DNA of 64,000 bases from an uncultured bacterium (GTDB taxonomy: Bacteria > Krumholzibacteriota > Krumholzibacteriia > Krumholzibacteriales > Krumholzibacteriaceae): NCBI GenBank assembly GCA_963813815.1, contig CAWFAD010000005.1:49932-113931 (forward strand). Reading direction: 5' to 3'. Positions 30,232-39,728 of this stretch are shown here, one piece after another. The notes under the pieces were generated by a model that saw only the letters and a list, made by a program, of their open reading frames with translations, did no database searches and was not told the origin of the DNA. Positions within the stretch are counted from its first letter, which is position 1, and every line of letters begins with the position of its first letter. Both the position numbers and the translations under genes were made by a program.

Positions 30232-30756
30232 TTATTGCGCGGCGCCGTCGTCGACGGCGGCGAGAGCGCACGAGGATGCGTCGTCCTTGTTGAACGTCAG
30301 GGTGTAATGGCGCGCCGTTCCGGGAGCGACCGGGATGTTCTCGAGATCGATCGCTTTTGGCTCCCCGGCCTTGTCGTACATCCGGATGTATATATCGCAC
30401 TCCGCGCCGGCCACGGCGACGATCGTGAGCCGGTATTCACCCGTCTCGGGGCCCATTATTTCGAGGATCCTATTCTCCATTCGCCCGTCGCCCTCGGGGT
30501 CCTCGATGGCCTCTTCGAAGTATGCCGAGCGCGGAATTTCTCCCAACGGCTTCTCCCATGCCGGATCGAGGCCCGTCCGCCGGCCGAGAGCGTCCGTGAG
30601 ATAGAACTCGCAGTCCATCCCGGAAACGATCGCGATGCCCGACATGTCCTTCTCTCGATCCGAGGCGCGCTCCGACCGGGCCGAGCCCCGACAGCCGAAA
30701 AGGATAATTCCGATCGCGCAGCAGCCCAGCGTCACGACCGAATGCCTCATGACCAT
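30232..30756 (-). CDS. Hypothetical lipoprotein
   Basis: Lipobox ILFGC; LTDALGRRTG beta-rich domain; start uncertain (30750-30762). Confidence 0.65.
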   Translation of the reverse strand: MVMRHSVVTLGCCAIGIILFGCRGSARSERASDREKDMSGIAIVSGMDCEFYLTDALGRRTGLDPAWEKPLGEIPRSAYFEEAIEDPEGDGRMENRILEIMGPETGEYRLTIVAVAGAECDIYIRMYDKAGEPKAIDLENIPVAPGTARHYTLTFNKDDASSCALAAVDDGAAQ

Positions 30757-30791
30757 CGCCACCTATCCGCCGGGGCCGGCGTCGATCTTGT

Positions 30792-30820
30792 TTGAAATTC
30801 CTTGACCGATGCGCTACCAT
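30792..30820 (+). promoter_or_regulatory. Sigma70-like promoter of the phosphatase/kinase/STAS genes
   Basis: TTGAAA-N17-TACCAT. Confidence 0.55.
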
Positions 30821-30893
30821 GCATGCCATGGCGCCGCGGGCCACCGCCGCGCTGCGGCTCATTTCGAAACATCGCATACAGGGGGGTTCGGTC

Positions 30894-32195
30894 ATGGCCG
30901 ATCCCGGTCGGGGCAACGAGCTCGAGCGAATAGCGAAGGAGAACGAACGCCTTCACAGCGCGATCGAGGAGCTCTCGATCCTGAACGACATCGCCGTCGC
31001 AACAGGCTCCACATCCTCCCTCGATCGCATCATCGAGCTCATCGTCCGCAAGTGCATCAAGCACCTCAGGGTCGAGCAGGCCCTCATCACCCTCCTCGAC
31101 ACGAAGCAGAACGGCCAGCAGTTCCGCACGATGATCCGGAGCGCCGATAGCTCGCACGAGATCCGCCCGTACCGCCTCGACGCCGAGATCGCCGGCTGGA
31201 TGCTCAAGAACCGTACGACGCTCATCGTGAACGACCTCGCGAGCGACGAGCGGTTCCAGATGAGGAACGCCGACGACTACCACGCGCGCTCCGTGCTGAG
31301 CGCCCCGCTGCTCCTCAAGGGCCGCATCATCGGGCTTCTCAACCTCTTCAACAAGCGCACGGGGGATTTCTCGGAGACCGACGCGCGACTCCTCGGAATC
31401 ATCGCCGCCCAATCGGCGCAGATCATCGAAAACGCCCGCCTCGCCGCCGAGGAGCAGGCCCTGCAGCTCATGCAGGAGGAGATGCGGCTCGCGTGCAAGA
31501 TTCAAACGGATCTTCTCCCCAAGGAACCGCCCCTCGTCCCCGGATACGACATCGCGGGCACGAGCATTCCGGCGAAGATGGTCGGCGGCGATTACTTCGA
31601 CTTCATCAAAATCGACGATCGCTCGATCGCCCTCTGTCTCGGGGACGTCTCGGGCAAGGGCATGCCCGCGGCGCTCCTCATGGCGAATCTCCAAGCGACG
31701 CTGCGCGCCCAAACCGCCGTCTGCACCGGTCCGAAGGAATGTCTCGAGCGCTCGAACGCCCTTCTCTACCGTAGCACCGACGCGGACAAGTTCGCTACGC
31801 TCTTTTACGGGATCCTCGACACGGAGGCCCACCGCCTCACGTACGCGAACGCCGGGCACAACTACCCGATGCTGCTCAAGGTCGGGTGCGATCCGGAGCT
31901 CCTCGAAACGAGCGGCCTCGTTCTCGGCTGCCTCGAGGACTTCCGGTACAGCGAGGGGGCGATCGATCTCGCGAAGGGCGATCTCCTCCTCATCTATTCC
32001 GACGGCATCACCGAGTCGTTCAACGTGAACGAGGAGGAGTACGGCGAGGAGAAGCTCTCGGGACTGCTCCGCGAGCAATGCGGCAAACGGGCTTCCGAGA
32101 TCATCGAAACGATCGTCGCCTCGGTGCGCGCGCACGCCGCCGCCGCCCCTCAGTCCGACGACATAACGCTGCTCGTCATCAGGCGGGAGTGCTGA
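30894..32195 (+). CDS. GAF plus PP2C (SpoIIE/RsbU-like) phosphatase
   Basis: GAF (SVLSAPLLLKGRIIGLLNLFNK..FSETD), VGGDYFD, GDVSGKGMPAA, NAGH, YSDGITE, QSDDITL. Confidence 0.94.
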   Translation: MADPGRGNELERIAKENERLHSAIEELSILNDIAVATGSTSSLDRIIELIVRKCIKHLRVEQALITLLDTKQNGQQFRTMIRSADSSHEIRPYRLDAEIAGWMLKNRTTLIVNDLASDERFQMRNADDYHARSVLSAPLLLKGRIIGLLNLFNKRTGDFSETDARLLGIIAAQSAQIIENARLAAEEQALQLMQEEMRLACKIQTDLLPKEPPLVPGYDIAGTSIPAKMVGGDYFDFIKIDDRSIALCLGDVSGKGMPAALLMANLQATLRAQTAVCTGPKECLERSNALLYRSTDADKFATLFYGILDTEAHRLTYANAGHNYPMLLKVGCDPELLETSGLVLGCLEDFRYSEGAIDLAKGDLLLIYSDGITESFNVNEEEYGEEKLSGLLREQCGKRASEIIETIVASVRAHAAAAPQSDDITLLVIRREC

Positions 32196-32213
32196 AACGA
32201 GGCGCGTCACGGC

Positions 32214-32627
32214 ATGAAGACATCGTTGCGGAGAAGCATTTCGGCGGTCGATGACCTCTTCGCCTTCATCGACCGCTTCGCCGCGACGCACGCTCTCGAC
32301 GAGGAGGTTCTCTTCGCGATCCGCCTCTCCGCGGAAGAGCTTTTTACGAATCTCATCCGCCACAATGCCGGGGGCGGCCCCGCCATCGACGTCAGTCTCG
32401 ACCGGGAGGAGAACCGGCTCGTCATTCGATTCATCGATTTCGACGTCGATCCCGTCGCCATCGATCACGACCGGCCGCTCGGATTGGACCTGCCGCTCTC
32501 CGAACGAACGCCGGGGGGGCTCGGCATTCATCTCGTGAAGAACATGGTCGACCGTCTGACGTACGAATATGACCACCGGACGTTTCGCGTCACCGCGATC
32601 AAGAATCTGGAGGACGTGCATGTTTGA
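32214..32627 (+). CDS. RsbW-like anti-sigma/Ser kinase (HATPase_c_2)
   Basis: EELFTNLIRH, ERTPGGLGIHLV; position between PP2C and STAS genes. Confidence 0.85.
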   Translation: MKTSLRRSISAVDDLFAFIDRFAATHALDEEVLFAIRLSAEELFTNLIRHNAGGGPAIDVSLDREENRLVIRFIDFDVDPVAIDHDRPLGLDLPLSERTPGGLGIHLVKNMVDRLTYEYDHRTFRVTAIKNLEDVHV

Positions 32628-32904
32628 GGCCACTCGCGGCAATTCGGGCGTGCTTCGCTTCGTGGGGCGCCTCGACGCCTCTCAGGCCGGCAGGGCCCGG
32701 GCGGAGCTCGACGGGATATCGGAATCGTGCATGATCGATTGCGCGGCGCTCGAATACATCTCGAGCGCAGGCCTCGGCGCGTTGCTCGCAACGCAGAAAC
32801 GCCTGAGCGACGCGGGGCACACCCTGACGCTCGCTCATCTCAACACGCACATACGGGATATATTCCGCATCGCGGGGTTCGACGCCGTCTTTCCCATCGA
32901 ATAG
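32620..32904 (+). CDS. STAS anti-anti-sigma factor (RsbV-like)
   Basis: GRLDA, IDCAALEYISSAGLG (phospho-Ser), IFRIAGF; GGAGG RBS. Confidence 0.9.
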   Translation: MFEATRGNSGVLRFVGRLDASQAGRARAELDGISESCMIDCAALEYISSAGLGALLATQKRLSDAGHTLTLAHLNTHIRDIFRIAGFDAVFPIE

Positions 32905-32979
32905 GCTCATCTGCGCGGCGCGCGCGAGCGAGCGCCGGGCGGGTTTATTTTCGAAAGCTCTCAATCAGCGGCATATTTT

Positions 32980-33009
32980 CGCCAACTATCGCGCGGCCTG
33001 CTGGTAGTT
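32980..33009 (+). promoter_or_regulatory. Putative ECF-sigma promoter (autoregulatory), copy 1
   Basis: CGCCAAC-N17-GTAGTT, same elements and spacing as 34331-34360. Confidence 0.7.
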
Positions 33010-33049
33010 CATGCGAACGGGGCAGCGTATGTGGAAGGCGGCCTCACCC

Positions 33050-33547
33050 ATGGATCGGGAAACCTTCGAGGAGGCGGTCCACCGGTACAGCAAGGCCATC
33101 TTCAACGCGGCATACCGGATCGTGAACGATTACGAGGATGCAATGGATATCACGCAGACGACATTCGTAAAAGCGTACGAGCGGCTGAACCGCTACGACC
33201 CCTCGCACCATATCTTCAGCTGGCTCTATAAAATCGCCGTTCACGAATCGATCAATTTCGCGCAGCGCAAACGCCGCATGGTGCCGCTCGAGAATGATCT
33301 CGACCCCGCTCCCGATGCGTCCGACGAGGCCTGCATCCAGAACGAAACGAGCGAGCGGATCCAGCGCGCGCTCATGACCATCCCCCTCGATTACCGGACG
33401 ATCATCGTGCTGCGCCATTTTCACGATCTCTCCTACGCGGAGATCGCGGCCATTCTCGACGTTCCGGAAAAAACGGTCAAATCGAGGCTTTTCACCGGGC
33501 GGCGGCTCCTCAGGGATTCGCTTCTCAAAGCGGGGTATGCGCCATGA
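33050..33547 (+). CDS. ECF RNA polymerase sigma factor
   Basis: DAMDITQTTFVKAY, FSWLYKIA, LSYAEIAAILDVPEKTVKSRLF; alternative starts 33011/33029. Confidence 0.94.
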   Translation: MDRETFEEAVHRYSKAIFNAAYRIVNDYEDAMDITQTTFVKAYERLNRYDPSHHIFSWLYKIAVHESINFAQRKRRMVPLENDLDPAPDASDEACIQNETSERIQRALMTIPLDYRTIIVLRHFHDLSYAEIAAILDVPEKTVKSRLFTGRRLLRDSLLKAGYAP

Positions 33548-34311
33548 ACGAAAAACGCTGGCTGGAACTCATGAACGGAGAGCTCGACGGCGCCAACACG
33601 CCGGAGGAGAGCTCGGCGCTTCGCGCCCACCTCGCCTCGAGCGAAGAAGCGCGGCGGCGATTCGACGAGCTCGGCCGAATGGCCCGGATGTTCGCGGACG
33701 CCGGCGAGGTGAAGCCGCCGGCCGCCATGGAATCGAGGATCATCGACGCGATCGCGGCGCGCGACGACGCCGCCGGACGCGACCGCGGTTTTCTCCTCGA
33801 TTTCCTGGCTCCGCGCCGGAAGATCGCCTACTCGTTCGCCGCGGGCATCGCGGTCGGCGCCCTCATATTCGTCATCATCTACCATGCGCTCGGCGGCGGC
33901 AATCAGCTCGACGTGAGAGATCTCTACGGCTCGCTCGCGGAGCGCGAGCGGGCCGGCGCCGTCCTCGACGCGCGATCCGTGGAGATCGCCGCGCCGGGCT
34001 GCACCGGCTCCGCGGCGGTCCAGTACCGCGACGAGGCCGTCATCGTGGGCGTCACGATCGACGCCGACGCCGGCGTCGAGATCGGAATCGCCGCCATCAC
34101 GAAGCTTTCCCTGCGGAGCTTTCAGGCGCCGGCGTGCGGCGACTACACGCTGCGCGGCTCCGGGAAGGGCATCTCCGTCGGCCTCGGCGGCCGGTGCGAG
34201 TTCGTCGCAGTGTTCGGCGACACGCGCCGCGAGCGCCCGCCCGTGCGCGTCAGCGTCACGAGCGGGGAACGCGTTCTGTTCGAGCGGACGATCGAGCCCG
34301 CGCGGGAATGA
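33544..34311 (+). CDS. Transmembrane anti-sigma factor
   Basis: ATGA overlap with sigma; LDGANTPEE..HLASSEEAR (ZAS-like position without the Cys pair), one TM, beta-rich periplasmic domain. Confidence 0.8.
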   Translation: MNEKRWLELMNGELDGANTPEESSALRAHLASSEEARRRFDELGRMARMFADAGEVKPPAAMESRIIDAIAARDDAAGRDRGFLLDFLAPRRKIAYSFAAGIAVGALIFVIIYHALGGGNQLDVRDLYGSLAERERAGAVLDARSVEIAAPGCTGSAAVQYRDEAVIVGVTIDADAGVEIGIAAITKLSLRSFQAPACGDYTLRGSGKGISVGLGGRCEFVAVFGDTRRERPPVRVSVTSGERVLFERTIEPARE

Positions 34312-34330
34312 GAGCGGCTCCTCATTTTCC

Positions 34331-34360
34331 CGCCAACCTTTCGCCCGCCGGTTTGTAGTT
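34331..34360 (+). promoter_or_regulatory. Putative ECF-sigma promoter, copy 2 (repeat-protein gene)
   Basis: CGCCAAC-N17-GTAGTT. Confidence 0.7.
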
Positions 34361-34432
34361 GGGATGAAAGAGGGACACTCAACAGCATGATTCGCATTCG
34401 ATCACGGATTGTTTTCCGAGAGGAGGTTCGAG

Positions 34433-36580
34433 ATGGCAAGGGGAAGATTCTTGCTCGGCGGAATCGTGATTATCGCCGTTGCCGCGATCGCGTATTTCGC
34501 CCTCGTCTACCAGCCCCCGTCGAAGGATGACACGACGGGCGCAATCGGAACGGCGGGCAAGTACCGCTCCGAGCAGATCAACGAGCAGGACGTGGTGCTC
34601 GCGGACGCGGATTACGCCGCATCCCCTGAGTACCGGATGACCGCGGAAGAGGCGGCCGCAATCTTCGAGCGGGCCACCCCCGCGCTCCGGACGGAGCTCG
34701 CGCAGCGCGCACCCCAGTTCGAGCGGGCCGAGCTTTTCGCCAAGATGACGCCCGCGGAGCAGCTCGCGCTGTGGAAATCGATCCCGGCGCAGGCGCGCGT
34801 CGATCTCTACGCCCGCCTCGGACGCCCGGCGCAAGCGGATGTCGCTGAGCGCTGCGGATTCGCCGTCGACGAGTACAACCGGGCCGCGGCGACGACGGAA
34901 GCGCGCGCCATAATGCTCGCGCGGATGCCCGAAGTCGAATGCGCGCGCCTCTTCGCCGAGGCGTCCGTTCAGGAGAAGGCGTCGTTCGTCGCCCTCGCGC
35001 CGGCGGAGCGTCAGGTGAAGTGTCTCGAACGCCTCGACTTCGAGAAGAAGGCCCGCATGCTCGAGCGCGCGACGCCCGAAGAGTTCGCGGCGATCCTCAA
35101 GAGCTGCGCCCCGGCGGAGCGGGCGGTCATCTTTTACCGCTCCACCCCCGTGGAGAAGGCGCAGGCCTTTCAGAGCGTGCCGGTCGAGGAGCGGATGAGA
35201 TTCCTCCAGAGGCTCCCCTCGGCGGAGCTCGCCAAGATGTTCGCCTACGCGACGCCGCAGGAGCGCGCGGAGTGCTTCGACAAGCTCGGCGCCCGCGATC
35301 GCGACGTCTGCCTCGCCAAGATGAGCATCACGGCGGAGGCGTGGACCAAGCTCCCCGTGCACGAGCGGAGCCGCTTCATGATGGAGCGCCTCGCCGCCGA
35401 GGAGCACGGCAGGCTCGCGTCGGCGGCCATGGACCGGACGGCCGCCATGTTCGAGCGCGCCGGGTTCGCGCAGCAGGCCAAGGCCCTCGATCTCGCCTCG
35501 CTCGAGGAGCGGGCGAATTTCACGGCGCGGATCGCCCCTGATCAGGCGGCCAAGGTCGTCGCGAGATCGGTCGATCCGGTGGCCGATTTCTTCGGCCGCG
35601 CTCCGGAGGCGGAGCTCAGCGCTCTCATGAAAAACGTTTCGGCGCAGGAAAAGGCGACTTCCTACTTCGGCAAGGCGACCCCGCAGGAGCAGGTCGCCAT
35701 GTTCGAGCGCCTGCCGCAGCGCGATCAGGATGCGTTCCTCGCCCGCGCCAAGGCGACCATGCAGGAGATCAAGGCGCTCCCGCTCAAGGAGCGCGCCGAT
35801 CTCATAGCGCGGCACGCCGCCGTTCAGGAGAAGGCCTCGTGCGTCGATCTCGCCCCCGCGCGCGAGCGCGCATGCCTCGCCCAGCGCCTCGATATGGCGG
35901 CTCGGCGCGATCTCGCCGGCCGGATGTCGCTCGCCCAGCAGGCCGAGTTCGTCGCCCGGGCGTCCGAGATCAACCAGGCCTTTATGGCTCAGCGCGCGAC
36001 GATGGAACAGCGCGCCGAGATCTATGCTCATGCGTCGCAGCCCGAGAAGGAAGCCCTCCTCGCGCGCGCGCCCGTCGCCGTGTATGCCGCGCTCCTCAAG
36101 AACGCCGCCGTCGCCGAGCGGGCCGATCTCTTCAAGCTCTGCAAGAACGACCTGCGCGTCGAGCTCTTCGCGCGCCGCACGCCCGAGATGCAGCGCGTCT
36201 TCTTCGAGCGCACCGGCGTTCGGCCCGACGTGTACGAGCGCGAATCCGCGCCCGCGAAAGCCGAGATGCTCGCACGGGCGAGCGAGGCCGAGATGGCCGC
36301 GATGGTGGATCTCGCGACCGCGCAGGAAAAGGCCGCTCTCTTCGCTGATCTCCCCCACGCCGAGCGCGCGAATTTCATGCAGGCCGCGCCGGTCGAAGCG
36401 AAGGCGATCATGATGGACGGCGCCACGTTCAAGGAAATCGCCTCCATGATCGGCCGCGTCGCGCCGGATGAAGCGGCGGGCGTTTTCGAGCGCGCGTGGG
36501 CGACACTCGATCGCTCGACACCTATGATGGATCGTTCGTCGTCGCCGGCGCAGGAGCGTACGTCGGCGATAAAGGAATAG
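34433..36580 (+). CDS. Membrane-anchored helical repeat protein (12-residue period, MgtE_N/FliG-like pattern)
   Basis: GAGGAGG RBS; N-terminal TM; many units such as ERATPEEFAAIL, KSCAPAERAVIF, YRSTPVEKAQAF, QSVPVEERMRFL. Confidence 0.85.
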   Translation: MARGRFLLGGIVIIAVAAIAYFALVYQPPSKDDTTGAIGTAGKYRSEQINEQDVVLADADYAASPEYRMTAEEAAAIFERATPALRTELAQRAPQFERAELFAKMTPAEQLALWKSIPAQARVDLYARLGRPAQADVAERCGFAVDEYNRAAATTEARAIMLARMPEVECARLFAEASVQEKASFVALAPAERQVKCLERLDFEKKARMLERATPEEFAAILKSCAPAERAVIFYRSTPVEKAQAFQSVPVEERMRFLQRLPSAELAKMFAYATPQERAECFDKLGARDRDVCLAKMSITAEAWTKLPVHERSRFMMERLAAEEHGRLASAAMDRTAAMFERAGFAQQAKALDLASLEERANFTARIAPDQAAKVVARSVDPVADFFGRAPEAELSALMKNVSAQEKATSYFGKATPQEQVAMFERLPQRDQDAFLARAKATMQEIKALPLKERADLIARHAAVQEKASCVDLAPARERACLAQRLDMAARRDLAGRMSLAQQAEFVARASEINQAFMAQRATMEQRAEIYAHASQPEKEALLARAPVAVYAALLKNAAVAERADLFKLCKNDLRVELFARRTPEMQRVFFERTGVRPDVYERESAPAKAEMLARASEAEMAAMVDLATAQEKAALFADLPHAERANFMQAAPVEAKAIMMDGATFKEIASMIGRVAPDEAAGVFERAWATLDRSTPMMDRSSSPAQERTSAIKE

Positions 36581-36607
36581 TCCCGGCTTGAGCGGGACTC
36601 TCGCCGG

Positions 36608-36643
36608 GTCCGCGGGGGATGGAAGATCTCCACCCCCGCGGAC
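36608..36643 (+). terminator. Strong hairpin after the repeat-protein gene (terminator or mRNA-stabilising stem)
   Basis: GTCCGCGGGGG...CCCCCGCGGAC; only a weak U-tract follows. Confidence 0.5.
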
Positions 36644-36695
36644 GCCTTATTGAGACGCGGCTTTATAATAGCCTTATAACATGCTGGTATTACAT

Positions 36696-39670
36696 ATGTT
36701 AAAACATCGCGCGCGTCCGTCGACCTGCGGCTTCGCGATTCTTCTTTTTCTCTGCGCCTTTCCGCTGCGCGGAATGGCGGCGGAGCACGACGTCGTCTAC
36801 AAAACGATCGAGACCGAGGATCTCAGGCTCGCCTACTACGATTCGAGCCACTACTATATCCTGCCGCATCTCGCCCGCTGCTTCGAGAACTCGTTCGCGT
36901 TCCACAAGCGGCTCTTCCGCTACCGCCCGAGCGGCAAGGTGACGATCTCGTTCCAGGATTTCGACGATTACGGGTACGCGGGGACGACGACCATACCCTT
37001 CAACTACATCACCCTCGGCATCGAGCCGTTCGAATACGTGTACGACACCTGTCCGACGAACGAGCGCATGAACTGGGTGACGAACCACGAGCTCGTCCAC
37101 GTCGTCGCGTCCGATCAGGCGACGCGCGGCGACCGGTTCTACCGGAAGTTCTTTCTCGGAAAGGTGCCTCCGACGGACGAGGATCCCGTCTCCATATTCT
37201 ACAGCTTTCTCACCAACCCCCGCCGTTACGCGCCGCGCTGGTACCACGAGGGCATCGCCGTGTTCCTCGAAACCTGGATGGCCGGCGGCATCGGACGCGT
37301 CCTCACGGGTTGGGACGAAATGGTGTTCCGCACGATGGTCCGCGACGGAAGCTTCTTCTATGAGCCCGTCGGCCTGCAATCCGAGGGCACGGCGATCGAT
37401 TTCCAGATCGGGCAGGTCGCCTATCTCTACGGCACCCGCTTCGACTCCTATCTCGCCTGCCGCCACGGGCCCGAGAAGCTCATCGATTGGGTCCGGCGCG
37501 AGGACGGAAGCTGCCGCTACTACGCCTCGCAGTTCAAGAAAATATACGGCGTGCCGCTCGACGAGGAATGGAAACGCTGGATAGAGTTCGAGCGCCGGTG
37601 GCAAGGCGAGAACCTCGATTCGATACGCGCGTATCCGGTCACGCCGGCGCGCGTTCTCTGCGACCGGCCGCTCGGCTCCGTATCGCGAGGCTTTTTCGAC
37701 TCGGCGACCCGCACGCTCTACGCGGCCGTCAACTATCCGGGGGAGTTCTCGCACATCGCGGCGATCGACGTGGATCGCCGCGCGATACGCAAGCTCTGCG
37801 AAATCTCGACCCCCGCTCTCTACTACGTGTGCTCGCTCGCCTACGACGACTCCTCGCGCACGCTCTTCTTCACCACCGACAACAGCCGCACCTTCCGGGA
37901 TCTCAACGCGTACGACCTCGACACCGGCGAGACGAAACGCCTCTTCAAGAACTGCCGCACGGGAGACCTCGCCCTGAACCGCGCCGATCGCTCGCTCTGG
38001 GGCGTGCAGCACCACAACGGCTTCTCGTCGCTCGTCCGCTTCGAGCCGCCGTACGGAAACGGCCGCGAGGTTCTCCGGCTCGCCTACGGCAAGGATATCC
38101 TCGACATCGATATCTCTCCCGACGGGAGATATCTCTCCGGCACGCTCGCCGAGATCAACGGCGATCAGCGCCTCATTCGCATGGAAACGGCGAAGCTCCT
38201 CGAGTGGGACAGCTCCTACGAGGTCCTCTGGGAATTCGAAAACAACCCCGCGCAAAACTTCGTCTTTTCCCCGGACGGCAGGTATCTGTTCGGGACTTCC
38301 TACCAGACCGGCGTTTCGAACGTTTTTCGGTTCGATTGCGAAACCAAGGACATGGAATGCGTGAGCAACGTCGAGACGGGGCTCTTTCGCCCTCTTCCGA
38401 TACGGGGGGATTCCATCATCGCCATGAGCTACACCGGAAGCGGCTTCGTCCCGGTCATGATTCCGGATGAGCCGATCGAGGACGTCGCTCCGGTGCGGTA
38501 CCTCGGGCAGGCCGTCGTCGAGACCCACCCGATCGTCGCGGAATGGAAGCTCGGATCGCCGCTTTCCGTCAATCTCGATTCCATCGCCGCGGGGCCGCGC
38601 CGGTGGAGCGCCCTTCGCAGCACGCGATTCGCGTCCCTCATTCCGATCGCCGAGGGATACAAGACCTCCGCCGCCTTCGGCCTGCGGGCGGATTTCATGG
38701 ATCCTCTCTGGCACAACGGATTCGACGTTTCCGCCACCTATTCGCCCGCCGAGGCTCTTCCAGACGATGAGCGCTTTCACGCGAAGCTCAAGTATCAGAA
38801 CTGGCGCTGGACGATTTCGGGGTCGTACAACAGGGCCGATTTTTACGATTTCTTCGGCCCCACCCGAACGAGCCGCAAGGGATACTCCCTGAGCGCGCAG
38901 TACAAGGGGTATCCGGTCTCCGACGGGCCGAGGTCGCTGCAGTATACGCTCGGCGTCTCGGGCTTCTGGGGTCTCGAGCGGATGCCGCTCTACCAGAACG
39001 TGCCGACGACCTACGACCAGTTCTATACGCAATCGGCGGGGCTCAGCTACCGGAAGCTCCGCGGCACGATCGGATCCGTCGAAGCCGAAAAAGGGGTTCT
39101 CTGGAGCCTCGGCGCCGGAATACGTCCGTCCGCACCGTGAACTACCCGAGCGTTCATGCGACGCTCGACCTCGGAGCGCTCCTGCCCATGGATCATTCAT
39201 CGGTGTGGCTCCGCCTGGCGGGCGGCCATTCATTCGGCGACGCGAGGAACCCTTTGCCAACTTCTACTTCGGCGGATTCGGAAACAACTATATCGACCAC
39301 GCCGCGTCGGTCAACCGCTACCGCGAGTACTACAGCTTTCCCGGGCGTCGAGCTCAACGCGATCGGCGGCACAAATTTCGGCAGGGCGCTCCTCGAATGG
39401 ACGATCCCGCCCGCGCGGTTCAAGCGGATCGGGGTTCCCTCCCTCTACGCGAACTGGGCGCGGCTCGCGCTCTTCGCCTCGGGGATCGCCACGGATATGG
39501 AAAGCGACGAGCACCGCAGAACGCTCGGCAACGCCGGCGCGCAGGTCAACGTGAAGCTCGTTCTGTTTTCTTCCCTTGAATCGACCTTATCGCTGGGGTA
39601 CGCTCGCGCCTTCGAAGAAGGCGCCGAGACGAGCGATGAGCTCATGATATCTCTCAAGATTTTGAGGTAG
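36696..39670 (+). CDS. Large outer-membrane protein: zincin-like domain, TolB-like propeller, beta-barrel-like C-terminus; about three frameshifts at 39120-39345
   Basis: Signal peptide; HELVH..PRWYHEGIA; ISPDGRYL, FSPDGRYL; C-terminal part stitched from ORFs 39137-39670 and 39205-39579 (FANFYFGGFGNNYID..YREYYSFPG). Confidence 0.75.
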
Positions 39671-39728
39671 GGCCGGCATCGGGCCCGCGGCGGAGGCCCG
39701 ACCGGCGATTCGACCCGGCACGGTGACG

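Noticed and set aside
34433..36580. CRISPR array or DNA tandem repeat
   Set aside because: The periodicity is at protein level within an open frame; there are no identical DNA repeats with spacers and no cas genes.
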